Under the pieces are notes generated by a model, which did no database searches, was not told where the DNA came from, and worked only from the letters and a program-made list of their open reading frames with translations. The position numbers and the translations under genes were made by a program. This document shows, one piece after another, positions 36,194-50,522 of a stretch of 64,000 bases of DNA (its first letter is position 1; every line of letters begins with the position of its first letter). Source of the DNA: Atractiella rhizophila. Its lineage: Eukaryota. The stretch lies in assembly GCA_021432655.1 (NCBI GenBank), contig MU271222.1:41519-105518 (forward strand). Reading direction: 5' to 3'.

Positions 36194-39100
36194 TTAACTG
36201 AACTCTCCAACACCAGGGCCGAAGTATCCCTTCTCCGGCAGTTCGAAAAGGCGACAGGCCTCTCCATCGCATCCGGCGTAAGGCCTAGTGTTTCCAGACC
36301 AAACAAGTTCGGCACCCGGCCACTGGATGGCGAAGAAGATGACGATTCCACCGATGGCAATAGCGCTCGTAAACGCTCCGGAGGTGATGTAGTTGTAGCG
36401 AGACCACCAGCCGACGAAGCGACGCTTGATGTAGTAGTTGAAGAGGAAACCGATTGGCACGGTGGGCCAAGCGTTGGAGAGACCGTATGGCGCATAGATG
36501 AGCGATCCGGCAATGATGACTGTTCGTTCACATGTTAGACAGGCGGAACTTGAAAGGAAGGAAGGACAAACCTGGGATGTGGATGTATTCCGCCCAGCTG
36601 TAGCGCTTCCTGAGATAGTAGAAGGGGATGGGGATGAGAGCTCCAGCCTGTGAATTCAAAGATGAGGATCCCTCTTACTTAAAGAGAACGCAAAGACGTA
36701 CAAGGAAACCGAAGAGGAGGTATTGGTAGAGGGATCCAGCACCGAACATTCTCTTCGGGCCAAGGGTACCCCACAGGACGGAAGCGGTGAAGAAAGTGTT
36801 GATACCAGGGCAAGTGAACCTGTCCTTCTGTGTGGGAGAGCAGACGTCGACGATAGAAGTCATCTGGAAGTTGACGACGGAGATGGCGACGAAGGTGGAG
36901 ACGATGGTTGCGACGTTTTGGATGTGGAAAGTGACGCGAGGTGGGATGTGAGTGTAGTGTGCAAGTTTGAGGTCTTGTGCGAAGCGGACAGTGTGAGCGG
37001 TGGTCACGTATCCGTAGGTCTTGAAGTAATTCATAGAAAGAGCATCTCCAGCGAACCAGAGACCTCCGAACAACTCAGCGAGTACGTTAAGCGTGATTTC
37101 GACGTTGGTGATCGACTTGATGATACCGATGGGAATACAGAAGATGAGGGCCAAGAAGAGACCATAGAATACGACACCTGTATGTGCCTGTTAATACCTA
37201 CCGCCATACTGGCTGGACTGCAACTTACCAGGGGTGGTGTGAGTGGGGTAAGCGGCGACACCAGCGATTCCGAGACCAACGGAAGCGAGGAGGATAGCAG
37301 CGTACCACGTCTCGGGAACCTCCTTATATTGCCTCATGAGGCGCATATGGACGTCTTCGTGCTCCTCAGTTCGGCGGCGGAAGAGGGACTTGAATCCATT
37401 AATGATCTCAAATCGGTGGTAGAGGTAAGCGTGGACCTAATATCCCACCCATGAGCTTGGGCGAAGGGAAGCGGACGAGGGAGAATACGTACGACAGTGG
37501 CAGTGTAGATCATGAAGAAGAAGCAGTAAAGAAGAATGTTGGATGCCGCAAGGTAGGCAGGTGAGTATTGCCTGTAAGCCTCGATATCGAAGTGTCCATC
37601 CGCGTCAACGATACGGGACACATTGTACCTGGTTCCCTTATTGTTGAAAACTACAGTCCAAGGCATCAGCCCTTCCTTTCGAATACACAATATAATGGTG
37701 CGAACCTCCGTTGGAGTTGATGGGAAGATATCCGGTGTAGTAATGGTTCGAGAACCACACGGCGGCGATGACGGGGAAGGCAAGGGCAGCACCGACGAAG
37801 TTGTTGACGGTAGCGTAGAAAGGGGTGATGAGAGGGTCGAGGGAGAGCTGCAGCACATATGTGAGCTTCAATAACCAGAAGGGAAGAAGATGAGCAGCAA
37901 CAACCCACCCAGTTCCAGTCCCACGTCGGCCAGGGGTTCAATCCCAATCCGCTCACGTTTCCGGTGATGGCAGCAAGCTTCACGTTCGAAGGATCGATCC
38001 AGCTGAGCCGTTGCATTCTCCGTCAACAACGGGAGGAGGAAGGAATGGAAATATGTGACGCACGTGATCCAGTTGAAGTAAGTCATGGCTTCGCAAATGA
38101 AGTTGGGGAACCAGAACCAGACGAACATGGCGAGGAAGGAGTAGAGGAAGTACCTCATCCTGCTCATCCTCCATCCACCCTCCACGGCCTATTCCCAAGG
38201 AATACCAAACATTAATCCACGATTCTCAAGCAGAAGCAGAAGGGAATATGAATTACCTTGGAATCGTGCTCATGGAAAGCCCTGTTCAAAGCGATGGTGG
38301 CCAAGTTAGCAGGCCACACGCTGATGACAGGGTAGACCAAGAATCGCCTAGTGATACCGGCGATACCGTAACCAATAAAGTTGGTCGACAGAGCAGTCGT
38401 GATCTGGTATCCGTAATCCATGGCCCACTTCTGTCCAAAGAACCTATCGGGGACTTGGACCCAGACGATGTTGGCGGTGTAGGGAGTGTTGAATCCAACG
38501 TTAGCCATGATGGTGATGACCATGTGCTATTACCCCAACACGTCATCAGATTTCCTAGATTTAAGCGAGCAGTGTGGAGGGAAAACAAACCTCCTTCTTG
38601 CTGAAAGGTCCAGGGTTCAAGTTGAAGTCGTATCCAAAGAGAGTGAATCCCCAAGAGGGAAGGACCTTGGCGAAGAAAGTACCGGCGGGGTAGGCAAGGA
38701 TCTGTGCTACGTTGGAGTAGACGTAGATACCTGGCTGACGGATGTCGAAGAACTGATTGATGAATGCTCCGGCGGCAACATAAACCTGCACAGTAGTGGT
38801 TAGAAAAAGGAACGAGCAAGTAAGAAAAGACTGACAAGACCAATGATCCAAGCTCTGATCGTCAAACACGGCTCGGTGGGATCATCACTGTTTTTACAAC
38901 CATCAATCTTTGCCAAAAGAGCGCAATAAAAAAACGCACTGATTGTCGACCACAGCTCTGACCTCGGTATAGGGACTGTTGACAGTGATGAGGGCCATTT
39001 CGACCTTCAACTCCTGCCAAGCCTCAGGATCGGTAGTCCTCAAATCCTCGTCCATCGCCCGCCTGACGAGAGCCTGAGCGTGAGCAGGGAAATTGGGATC

Positions 39101-39458
39101 CGCGCCATGGTATTCTTGGACGTAGTGAGCCTTGTCGAGGACTTGGTCGTCCGACATCGTCTACTCGACGAAACGCAGGTTAGAGATGAGTATCCAGGAA
39201 GGAGGGTTTGAAACATGCCTTCGAGTACTCGATGGCTTCTGCCAGATCTTCAGCGAGAGCTTCGAATGTCCTCTCTGCTGCATGAGTTACTTCTTGAACA
39301 GCCTACAGTTGATCCACATTCATCAATATTGATTCAGTGAGAAGGAAGGAGACACGAACAGCATAAGCCTCAGTCTTCTCATCATAAACCGATCCATCCT
39401 TCTTATCCAAGCCCGCCTCCTCCACCTTCTGTTGCCTTTCCAAATCGACGTTCGACAT
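36194..39458 (-). CDS. Oligopeptide transporter, OPT family (Isp4/Opt-like)
   Basis: NSPYTEVRAVV, NPGPFSKKEH, WFWFPN, QDLKLAHY.HIPPR, FTCPG..FFTASVLWG, WWSRYNY. Confidence 0.96.
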
Positions 39459-42055
39459 TGCGCTTCTTAATTCTTGCACACTTCAAGCTGAACTTCTAGG
39501 GAGACGAAGCAGCAATCCCAAATGGGAGTGGCGAAAAAGACAGAAGAAAAGTCAAGGAAAAACCTCAAAGGAAAGGGGATGAATGGCAACAGATGGTGCT
39601 TATATGGTGTGGAGGGGGAGAACAACGCTATAGCGACGGTCGGTGTATGTGTCACGCAACTGGAGCGGAGAGAGGCGCGAAGGGGAGATAGGGATTGTGA
39701 ATGTGAATGAGTGTTGGTCTTGGCGGGATTCGATTCCGTGCATTACACAGCTATTTTTGGATCCTTTTATCGCCATGTCGATCGTTCATTCAGAGCTTCC
39801 CGAAGCGTTAGTGGCATTACTTTTTCACACGTAACAGCGATTCATATATTCAGAGGCATCATGAAAGCAATCGCGACATTCCAACCACACTTCTCCTGCA
39901 TCCATCCCGCTCTCTTTGAGACATCCACCGAATATCCACTCGACTTAACAGAAGCAAAGGCAAGTGAAGGTAACCGGCGGCAACAGCGACTGACCGGACC
40001 ACCGTACGCCAATACACCGTGGTTTCTGCATGACTAATTGATTGATTGGCTCGAGAAGCAAGATAAGCTCGGGACTTTGGGATTGCTCCTCGCCTTTTCG
40101 TGGTGATCTACAGCCTCTCATCCTTCTATCCGCCTTATCAGATTCTTTCTGAGCACCATGGCTTCCCGTCTCTCTGCATCTGTTCCCACATGCGATCACT
40201 CCAGGATGAGGAGGAGCAATATTCCTTGCTTGATCCGTGGAAAGTGGAAGTGGTAATTTCAGATTAAAACCTTATTGAACGAATTAACAGCACATACAAT
40301 GCAATCAATTCAACAGCTGGGCAGCTGAAAAAGCTTAACAAAGCAGAGCTGAGGAGAGGAGAAGAGGAGACATCGAGAGGCAGCTCTGAGGGGATAGACA
40401 TTACTGTGCTGAGGTGAGTGGAAGTTGGCTGGAGTGAATTGCCCTTCAGCTTGTTCAAACCGTGAACTTGTGAAACGCGGTGCAGCGTATGCTCGTGCAG
40501 TCTAATGATTGAATTTTTATTAGTAACAATAATTCATTCATGACGATGTTGCGGTGGTCAAGGGCAAGGTTGGGCGGCGTCGAGAAGCGTGTGGCACAGA
40601 TCGTTCGTTCGTTCGAGGTTTCCTCTTTTATTCAATACTGGATTCAATCAATGTCCATCTCGGGGCTCAGCCTGTCTTTCTCTGCAGAGCTACATTGACT
40701 CTCTGCGGGGTGAGCTAGATGGTTACTGTTAAGGCACACACAAGGAAGCTTACTCCTCATGACGATGAACTTTTCTTCCCAAGCCTGAGATGTGTGACCT
40801 GTCAAATTGTCAAAGCGTCAACGGCCTCTGCATCATGCTGACAGTGGCAACCACGCGAAATTAGAAATACAATGGGAGACTCGCAAAATGTGGAAGGTCT
40901 GAGCGTGGGAAGTTATTTTATTAAAGCCTGAGTTAAGTGGTGAGATAGAGATAGTTGGACACACTGTCAATCGTGCTTGTGCCAGTGTGCCGTCGTGAAC
41001 TTTCAAGCTCAAGCTTAGCTTCAACCCTCAATGAAATCGGCAACTTCGGTGTCCCATGTAGGAGTTCTGCACCTCGAGAGGTTTACTATTCTGGAGAGTT
41101 GGATGCAAGCTACGAGAAACGGCCCCTTTGTGTCGGCATATTTGCAGCACATAACTTCCTATTTCTTCTCCAGATCTTACAGACCTGACGCCCTTTCTTG
41201 CTTTCCCTATCATATACATGCCAGCAAAAGATGCAATCTAGTCCTTGGCCTGTGGACTCCTCTTCATGCTGTGTTGTTGTCGTTCTGAGCGTAGTAATCC
41301 GTTGCATTCCTTCGTTGTAATTCTCCTGAGGAATGGAGCAAGTTTTAATCCAATTCAAGGCGAGAAGCCATTGTATCGACTCTGCGAGAACGTATGCTGT
41401 CAGCGCAAACGTCCTTATTTGTGCTACATGCCACGATCACGTGAGAGACAACTGCAGATGAAAGATGCGCAAAGAAGCTGTCCAACATGCCGCAGTGCTC
41501 CAAGGCTGGAGAGATCATCTCAATTAAAATACTTAACGTCTGTAATATTTGGATGTATCTGGTTGACGCTTTGATTGAGTTATTGAAGTTAGCAATTTGT
41601 CAATGTGAGTTTAAGATTTGAATGATTTGTTGGCCTCGAGTCTCCACTTCATCCCGCCCAGATTAATTTTTCATGCAGAGATATGCAGCTAACGCTCTCT
41701 TGCTGTGAAGCAGAAATGGTCTGGCTGGCTTGACTTTTCTGCTATCTTTGTCGTCCCAGAAGCACATCTCCTCAGACTCAGCGAGAACTCTTTAGCGAGA
41801 CCGTGCTCCGCAAGTCGGGGAATGCTCGTCGAAGCCTCCCCTTTCTCTTGCTTGTTCTGTCTGGGCAAACGAATGGACAATCATTGCTAGGATAATTATT
41901 AATGAGACCCGCACTCTCCACACTCCCCTCTCTTCTCCAAGCCGAGCTGTATGCCAGTGAGGAAAGCTCAAATAGGTGACCTCCTCTCCGTCTCTCTCTT
42001 TCAACTTCGTTTTTTTTTGGCAACCGCACAACTGCCAGGTTGAAGAAGCACCAAA

Positions 42056-43743
42056 ATGTCGACAATGAAAGCTGTGGTATACAAGGGAGCCTTTAAGGTG
42101 CACATCTCCCCTCAACCTCATATGCCGAACCAAGTTAACAGTTTCATGATAGGTGGCTGTAGAAGAGGTTCCAAAACCGACGCTTCTGCATCCCGACGAT
42201 GTCATCGTGAAAGTGACGACGTCCTGCATTTGCGGGAGCGACTTGCACATGTACGAGGTGCGCCGTGGTCATTTTATGCAGTCAATGTCTGCTAAGAAAG
42301 CGTTAGGGTCGAACTGGCGCCGAAGCCGGAATCGTGTTCGGACATGAGAATATGGGTATTGTTGAGGAGGTCGGGAAGGGCGTTTCGCTCTTGAAGCAAG
42401 GCGACAGGGTGGTCATGCCATTCAACGTGGCATGTGGGAGGTGCTTGAACTGCGAAGAAGGCAGGACTGCCTTCTGTACAGTCGTGAATCCTGGTCAGTC
42501 ATTTTTCTTTAAATCCGTGATTAGAGGATGAATGGAGAGTGCAGGTTTCGCCGGCGGTGAGTGTGATACTATCGGTTTATGCGAGTTGACAGCCAGAAAT
42601 TTCCGAATAAAGGTGCTTACGGTGCGCAGTCATTTCCTCTCCTATTATCGCTTCTATTTACTTGATTTAAGGCTATGTATCAATGGGTCCATACCCTGGA
42701 GGACAAGCGCAATACATTCGAGTTCCTTACGCTGACTTCAATGCGCTGAAGCTTCCTCCTGGGAAAGAACATGAAGCTGATTTCGCACTTCTGGCCGACA
42801 TCTTTCCAACCGGTGCGTTAGATTCCTCACTTGGATGCTCAAGGGGCTCATGGGGACCGGTAGGATGGCATGGCGTTGAACTTTCTGGTTTCAAACCTGG
42901 AGAAACTATCGCTGTCTTCGGTGGAGGACCCGTGGGACTGATGGCGGCTTATTCAGCTGTCATTAGAGGTGCTTCAAAGGTGTTCCTGGTCGATCGAGTA
43001 CCGGAGAGGCTGGCGAAAGCGAAGGAGATCGGCGCTACGCTGGTTGATTTCTCCAAGGTACATACACTTGTCTTTCATACTACTTAAAATGGGCTAATTA
43101 AACTTCTTACTAGGGAGATGCTGTTGACCAGATCATCAAACTCAACGGAGGGATGGTAGACCGCGGTTCGTCTCTTCGTCTCTCGTCCCCCCGCCGCCAC
43201 TGATAATTTAATAGCGGTGGATGCTGTCGGATACCAAGCGGTGAATGACGCTGGATCGAAGGAGATCCCAAATGCCGTCCTCACTTCTCTCATCAGGGTC
43301 ACAAGGCCATGCGGCGGGCTTGGGATCCCAGGCTTGTATGTTCCCAAGGCATGTCTCCCCGTTTCCGCCCTTCGCGAAGCCTCAATACCCCGTTTACACC
43401 GCTGACATTTTGAAAGGACCCTGGAGCACCGGACCATACCTCTGCCAAAGGAGAGATCTTGCTTCCGTTTGGCAGCTTGTTTGAGAAAGGATTGACATTA
43501 GGAACGGGACAATGTAATGTCAAAAAGTGGAACCGATATCTCAGAGATCTCATCAGTGCGTCCTTCCCCTTCACTCTCAGCAAGTTACTTGCTGACAAAG
43601 ACGGGTCAGTTTCTGGGAGAGCGAAGCCATCGCTCGTTGTCACACACGAGATAGGAATCGATAAAGCAGTGGAGGCATATGACAAGTTTGACAGGAGAGT
43701 GGAAGGCTACACGAAAGTCTTGATCCATCCTAACGAGTGGTAA
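42056..43743 (+). CDS. Zn-dependent MDR dehydrogenase, glutathione-independent formaldehyde dehydrogenase-like
   Basis: CICGSDLHMY, GHENMG, PFNVACGRCLNC..C, GGQAQY.RVPYADFN, ADIFPTGWH, GGGPVG, DAVGYQA, GIPGLY, GTGQC. Confidence 0.93.
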
Positions 43744-43902
43744 TTATTCAGGGAAAAAAAGGTTCAAAATTTTATTGCAGCTTGGATAAGGCCATGGTAG
43801 GCCTGTATTGATACGAAAAAGGTTACTTGTAATTTTAGCCATGTTTAAGCTTTGCCTCAGTACATAACCCTCTTGCTTTCCACACTCCGTTGAGATGTTG
43901 CT

Positions 43903-44968
43903 TCACCACAATCTGTTTGGTTTGATTAATCGTTAATGAGGTGTAGAGGTAATTGCTCTTACGTATAACCTCCATCAATCACAACATCGCTCCCTGTCAT
44001 GTACGGACTTCTTCCGCTTGCAAGGTAGACCATCAGATCACCTACTTCTTTGCTGTCCGCCAACCGCTTCTGCGGTACCAGTTGCTATACCGCTGTCAGG
44101 CTCCGGCCAGAAAACAGGAATAAAACGAAACGTACTGCCCACTCTGCTTTCAGGTTTTCAACGAGCATGGCAGATTCGATATACCCTGGTGAGACGGTGT
44201 TGACGCTGTGACGTAACAACAGTCAAACATTCCAGCTACAACTAAGGGAAAACGCACCGAATATCGTGTTCTGCCCACTCGACCGCCAAACTCTTGCATA
44301 ATTGGATAAGACCTTTTGTTTTCCTTATTTTCAGAGGACAGAGTAAGGCGAGCGACCAACCTGCTTTAGAAGCATTGTAGAAACATTGTCGCTGAGGCTT
44401 GTTAACGATCTGAGCGCTAATAGATGCCGTGGCTAGAACAACTCCAGGTTTTTTGCGGGCAATCCAGCATCTGCATCTTACGTCAGGACTATTGAGTATT
44501 ATGACAAGAGACGAACTTTGCGGCTGTCTGTGCAAGCCAAAAGACTCCCAAGAGATTCGTCTCAAAAATCAAGGAGGCGTCGTCTTCGTTCATCTCCAAG
44601 GCATCTTTCTAGCCCACGCCCTCAATCTAATGTAGATGCTACAGAATCAACCTTACGTGGATGCAGGCACCTGCGTTGGCAATCACGATATCAACACCGT
44701 CAAAACGTTCATCGATCTCTTTGAAAACTTCTCGTATGCGTTTGGGATCACGGCTGTTGAGAGAATATGTGACAATGGATAAGACATCAGGGTACGAGGA
44801 TTGCAGCGAAGAAGCGGCTGATTGAGCAGATCCTGGGTCCGAGCTGTAATTATCATTGGTTTGTGACATGAGTGATTCGTTGCAAACTTACTTGTAGGTG
44901 AGGATGAGGTTCTGGACCCCCCGCGGAGCAGAAAGAATTGCATATCGCTAGGCCGATGCCTTTGTTAC
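43903..44968 (-). pseudogene. Short-chain dehydrogenase (sorbose reductase / mannitol dehydrogenase-like) with a +1 frameshift; first exon not found
   Basis: GNKGIG, ANAG, TASIS, PQRQCFYNASK (YxxxK), LAVEW, VNTVSPG, MTGSDVVIDGGY. A 6-base run at 44917-44922 breaks the frame. Confidence 0.72.
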
Positions 44969-46733
44969 CTGTGTGGGGTTAAACGAATAAGGATGAGTGG
45001 TGTTTCCACGAGCCGCTTCTAGCTTGACAAACGCCTTAATAGTCCAAGGCCACGTCTTGCATATCCTGGAATGACGGTTCGAACCGACAGTTCCTTTGAG
45101 CTACTCTTAAGGATGCCGTAGTGGGGAGGAAGCTTTTGACCTCGTTTTAAGCTTCGAGTGAAGAAGAAGCTTCGGCTCTCGAGTATGGATAAGAAGCAGG
45201 ACTCATATTATTCATGACTCTCATACTAAGCTCAATTTACATGCAACTGTTTCAAAGCCACCTAATTCAGGACATACTTTTCCTAAGACGAGGGAAGAAT
45301 TGTCTAGCCTTTGCAGACCATGACAACCATGTAAACAAAGAAGTGGAGAGAGAAGCAGAGGATAACATCCGATCTACCTTCAGTCAGATGACCATGAAAT
45401 TTGTGTCCGAAGTGCGCTTTTATTTCCATCCACAATCGTTCACCCGGCTGAAAAATTACAAAATTACTGATACCTGTTGAAAGCAAAGGTTTTCTACCGA
45501 AGGAGACCATGTCGATAAAGCTAGGGTATAAAGGAGAACTTCCTTCCTTTATGCTCAAAACAGGAACGACTGTATTGCCCACGCAGAACAACTTGCATAT
45601 GGCAATTGTTGCCATCTACACGCTGCAGAACACGCAACGTGACAAAGCCAAACCAGAAGGAGATGTGCGAAAGTCTGGATAGAACCGTGCGATCACTCGA
45701 TAAAGCCATGTCATCCAACTCCCACATGTTCATGCTGCCTTGAGGATCCGATCATGAGAAAAGCAAAGCTTCAGAAAGACCGACCATAACCCCAGCCACA
45801 TCTGAATTGAACAGGGAGGATGCAGCATGAAAACTTGAAGCTGAACTCACAACAGGGCGAATCTCAGCTGCCCAGGAACACTAAGGAACGTACCTCCAGT
45901 AACTAGCACTGTCTTTCCCTTTAAATCGATCTCGAAAACCATTGCTTCAATCAGTAGCCCTTTGTCGCCGTTTCAATCCTAACCAATCCTAACCTCTAAA
46001 TCGCAGACAAAGGCAAAGAAGGGGAACTCGTGATCGATCCCGAATGGCGGACGTGGTAGTTCGCGCAGGGGACGTACTTTACCTTCACGTGCACATTATG
46101 GCTCTGATCAGGATTCTGCTTTATTCGTGGCACATGGGTGTGATATATCGATAATCTCTGGATCAGTGATTCGTTGAATACAGAGTAAAGGTACGCCTCG
46201 TTGAGAGAGGAGAGGGAGACGTTGCTTCTTCTTTCAAGTAATGTGTTATGCGCTACATTTCAGCGTCTTTATGGCACTGAAAGACGTGAGAGAGATATTG
46301 TTCTCTCGAATTCACATCTACGTATGACTGGTATTACTGTTCTTGCCCTCCAATCTTGCACACTTCCTCCGGATTAGGAAATAATCGGCGGGCTTCCATT
46401 CTTTCAGAGGCATCCCATATAGACTCCAGTAGCTTGTCCATGTTGGATCAGTGTGTGTTACTCCTGTTTCAAACGAAGTGCCGGCGGAGGGAAGGCCGTG
46501 ATGCAGACAGTCATTTGTTACAAGGTGCTGAGAACTGCGAGATGGCGTCGTAGTAGCTCAAGTTGAGAACTTGAGGAACATTGGTTGTGGAAAGCTCACT
46601 GCGCCATCTGGACGGAAGGTTTTCTGACCCTCAACTTCAAATGAGAACGATTCCCAATGAAAAAGTGGCGACGAGCATGCTGTTTCTTAGACAGTGAGAG
46701 TGAAAGAGCGGATATGATTATTTAGGGAGAAAA

Positions 46734-47431
46734 CTAGTATGCGTCAGGAAAGCTGCAAGCCCAATTTTGCGTGGGAGGCAATGCACCTGTGTTGGGGATG
46801 TTTGAACTTTCCCTGAACTCGACAATCTGTCTCTTTCCGCCTCCGATATCCTCGATGACAGCAAAAGCGCCGTCAGTGTACCATATATCTGTCCCCAGTC
46901 TCGTCCTTCCGCCTTCCCAGCCCGTGACCTGGGCAAATCCACCCTTGTCTCCATTCGAGTTTGGCGCCGCGTAGATGGACAAGAAACCATGATCGAACTG
47001 CTGGAAGTTGGTACCGATCGTCTTATTCACTCCGGTATACAACGTCTTAAATCCGTTGAAGTCGAACCTCGAGCCATTGAAGCTCGCGAGGACAGAGGGA
47101 GAGAAGACCTCGTCATACGCGGACGCCCAGTCACCATTTGCAGGGTACGGGAAGAAGTCTAGAATAGGTGGTGACTTGTCAGTGACTGAGTCTGAGCAAA
47201 GGTGGGAGACGGACGGTTCACTGAGCATGCGAGCCAGTTTCCAAGGTCGACTGAGGCGTTGGTCGCTGGTGCGGTGCAAGGGTCGAAATCGGCGTCGCGG
47301 GGAAAGACCCTGAGACTTGGGAGGACAGAGGCCGTCACAGTGGAGGCGAGAGCTATGGTTCGAATCGTCAGCTCCTGCTACCCCGTCGAAGCTTGAAGGT
47401 TGGGCTTACCGAAGGAGGCTAGGAAATGCAT
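46734..47431 (-). CDS. Small secreted protein of unknown function, possibly NTF2/SnoaL-like fold
   Basis: Spliced MHFLASFALASTVTA signal peptide, then WASAYDEVFSPSV.ASFNG...RQIVEFRES. Minus-strand TATAAA near 47486-47491. The fold is an inference. Confidence 0.75.
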
Positions 47432-47907
47432 GCTCGCAAGTTTTAGAAGTGAACTTGAATGGGAATGTCCAGCACGGTGATCCCCTTTATATCTCCCTCT
47501 GCAATCTTAGCCGCTGTCTAACCGAGGCTGCCTACATGCTGAGCAATGTTCCCTTCCGTGTTTGTAAAGGTTCGCAACGCCGTAACGCATCACGTACTAA
47601 CAACTTGCGGTGTGTGGACTGGAGGGAGCGCATTCCGCTACATTCCGCAGGAGATACTAACCGAGCCCAGGACTGCCAAACCTCAACGTTGTGTCAACGT
47701 CGACATCCATCATCCACGTTTGTATGCTGTCCGGAACGGGAGGAGAGTGCACAAATGGAGAAAATGGGAAAGCGGAAGTGGAGATTCCAGCCTGAATGTC
47801 CGCAGTGCAGTTCAATTCATGAAATCCATGTTAACTGCTCAGTTCGGTTGACCCAGGTTGGCAGAGGGAGCGAAAGTAGTTTCAAAACGCGTGTAAATTA
47901 CACACCT

Positions 47908-50294
47908 TTAAACAGTTTCGTCCATTTCTTCGTCCGTTTTACCTTCCACCTCAACTTCCACCGTTACTTCTCGAACAGCCATCAAGTCAGCACTTCTTAC
48001 CGTCGCCCGGTCTAAGCTATATTTACGGAAGAACAGCACTGTGCAGACTTGTGAACTTCCTGAGACAATAAAGTATGACACTGACCGCTAATAAAGCCTG
48101 TGCAAGCCAGAGGCGTTAATACAATCCAAACGAACGAGAGGCTCTTCGCATAGGCTCCGACAACTTGAACTCTCAAAGACTCCGGCTGTAGGAACAATTG
48201 AGCGAGTTGTGGATTTGGAAAAAGTTCTCGCACTTCAATAGCTTTCAGAGCGTCGAGGTCGTTCAAGTTCCCAGAAAACTCATAGTCATCAAGTTTTTTC
48301 AACCTATTCTTCAGTTCCGTGCCATAAATCGCGCCAGCCATTGATATCCCTAACGATCCCCCGAGATTTCGAAACAGGGTCAGAGCTGCATTTGCGGTCG
48401 CCATGTCTTCTGCTCGTCAGTTCAAGCTCTGCGATAAGCAGAAAGTAGAAACCTTTTATCGTAACTGCGGCCGTCAGAGCAATCTCCGGAGGGGTAAAAG
48501 CCAGTCCAACCCCTGTACCAGCGATTGCAGGCAGGAACTCCTTCTCAAAACTGGAGCCACGAGTCAGAACAATATGTCGTGAAGAGACAGCACACACCGA
48601 GATGACTTGCTATCGAGTCGGATCATAAGCCCAAAGCCTAGGGAGAGGAAAAACTGTTCTTTTGTTCATAATTGATGACGTGAAAAAATTGCAAACCCCT
48701 CACGAAAGCAATCCAAGTGATCCATCGATAGTCACCCGTCCTGGAAATAATGAATCCACTGAGCGCACCAAGAATGCAGCTCCAGAAAATGAAGGGTATT
48801 TGCTCAAATGCAGACTTAGAGGCGCTGCTACCTAGAGCTTGGTAGTAGAGAGGAAGGTAGAATGCAGCAGCATAATAACATATGGCATGCAGAAAGACGC
48901 AAATGAGAATGGCGGCTGTCGTGCGAGTCTGTGCCGCAAATTGAATCAGTCTTAAATTGTGAGAGGTTAGAGGAAGATCACTTTGAAGAGACGTGGAGGG
49001 ATGATGGGTGATTTTCTTGTTCTCACTTCATAGAAGCCCGTAGCAATCAAAAGCACACAGCCGGAGGTCACGGTGGCAATCGTATAAGGTGCTTGCCAGC
49101 TGGTCTCACCATTCGCGAATCCGAGAAGAAGAAGTGTGACCGCGGCGGTCAAACCAGCCAGGCCGATGAAGTCGAAGGTCCCTACTTGCTCCCGGAAGGA
49201 TAAATTTTCCGCTCTGGGATTGAGGTTGAGGAAAACGGCGAGGACAACGACAGCCGCAACTCCGAGGGGTAAGTTGATCTGACAGGTCTTCAGTAATCTG
49301 CTCAAGGTAAAGGTGGGTATGAACCTACAAAGAAACCCCATCTCCAACTCTATGACGAGAGACAGGTGAATAGAGCGTTTCAGCAGACAGGAGGCTTTAC
49401 GACTTACAACATGGTCTGCGAAGACCTGATGCTAGCCGTCAAGCGTTCTTCTGGAGAAAGGACTGGACTACTCACTCCTCCAAGTATAGGGCCTACATAT
49501 TGTGAATAAGATATGCAATAGCGCAACAAGGCACTTACCGAGCAAGCTAGAGATTCCCCACGTCGCGGCGAGCGGTGCAAGATACTTGCCCCTGTCCTGC
49601 AAGCTAACGATATCACAGATAACAATGCCAGGTACTGTAAGACAGTTCAGAGCAGTGCGCACTTTCATTAAAAGCGATACACACAGACCAGTACACCGCT
49701 TCCACCAATACCTGGACCACGAGTCAACAAAAGCTAACTAAGGATCAAAGTCGTACCTTGAATCGCTCTAGCGACGACAAGCCATTTCATGTCCTGAGCT
49801 GCCCCACAGAGTGCTGAACCGATCAGAAAGACAGCAATGCTGAAGAACAAGGGCGGTTTTCTTCCCAGGAGGTCTGAAAGCTTCCCGTAAAGAGGTGTGC
49901 AGCATGAACAGGCCAGGAGGTAAGATGTCCCCTAATAACTTCAACAAAAGGACGCGTAATGAGGAAGTACTTACCACCCATGAGTACAGGTCAGATTGCT
50001 TTCCTTCTAGGTCGCGCGAGATGGTGGGTAAAGCGGTAGCAACTCTACAAATGTCGAAGGAGATTAGGACGATTTTCTCTTTCCACACATACTTACATGG
50101 TTTGATCCAAAGCAGCCAAAAAGGTTGCAAGGATGAGTCTACAGCGCTTCTTATTTCAGAATTTTCAACCACAGCGAGAGAAAAATCGACCCTGCGAGGA
50201 CAATCCATAACCTGTTTTCTGGTAAGACCTGCCTCTCGCTCTCCCTCCATTTTGCGCCAGCCGCCCTTTTCACTTTGCTTCGCCCTTCCATCAT
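47908..50294 (-). CDS. MFS drug:H+ antiporter (DHA2, 14-TM), paralog 1
   Basis: ENRLWIV, LAALDQT.VATALP, YGKLSDLLGRK, IVSLQDRGKY, WRWVFFINLP, PIIPPRLFK, RNLGGSLGIS. Confidence 0.93.
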
Positions 50295-50522
50295 GATCAC
50301 TCTCCTTGGCAAACCGATGTGCACTGGGTCTTTTATAACCTCATAGAACGTGTAACATTCATAGTGAAGTGTCGTGTGAGAAAAAGGAATCCTTGTGTCG
50401 TGTGACCGTGTCCCGAGTCACATGCATATAATTTTGTGGATTCCTCCCCTCAGAGAACAAACAGCGGACGATTTGAATCACCCTGACTTCAATAACATCT
50501 GGTTACAGACGAGCTACATTGT

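Noticed and set aside
36723..37454. Long + strand ORFs over the OPT gene (also 57337-58427 on the minus strand)
   Set aside because: Antisense shadows of codon-biased genes.
45214..45733. ORFs upstream of the SDR as its first exon or a separate gene
   Set aside because: No Rossmann TG motif in phase and no coherent model.
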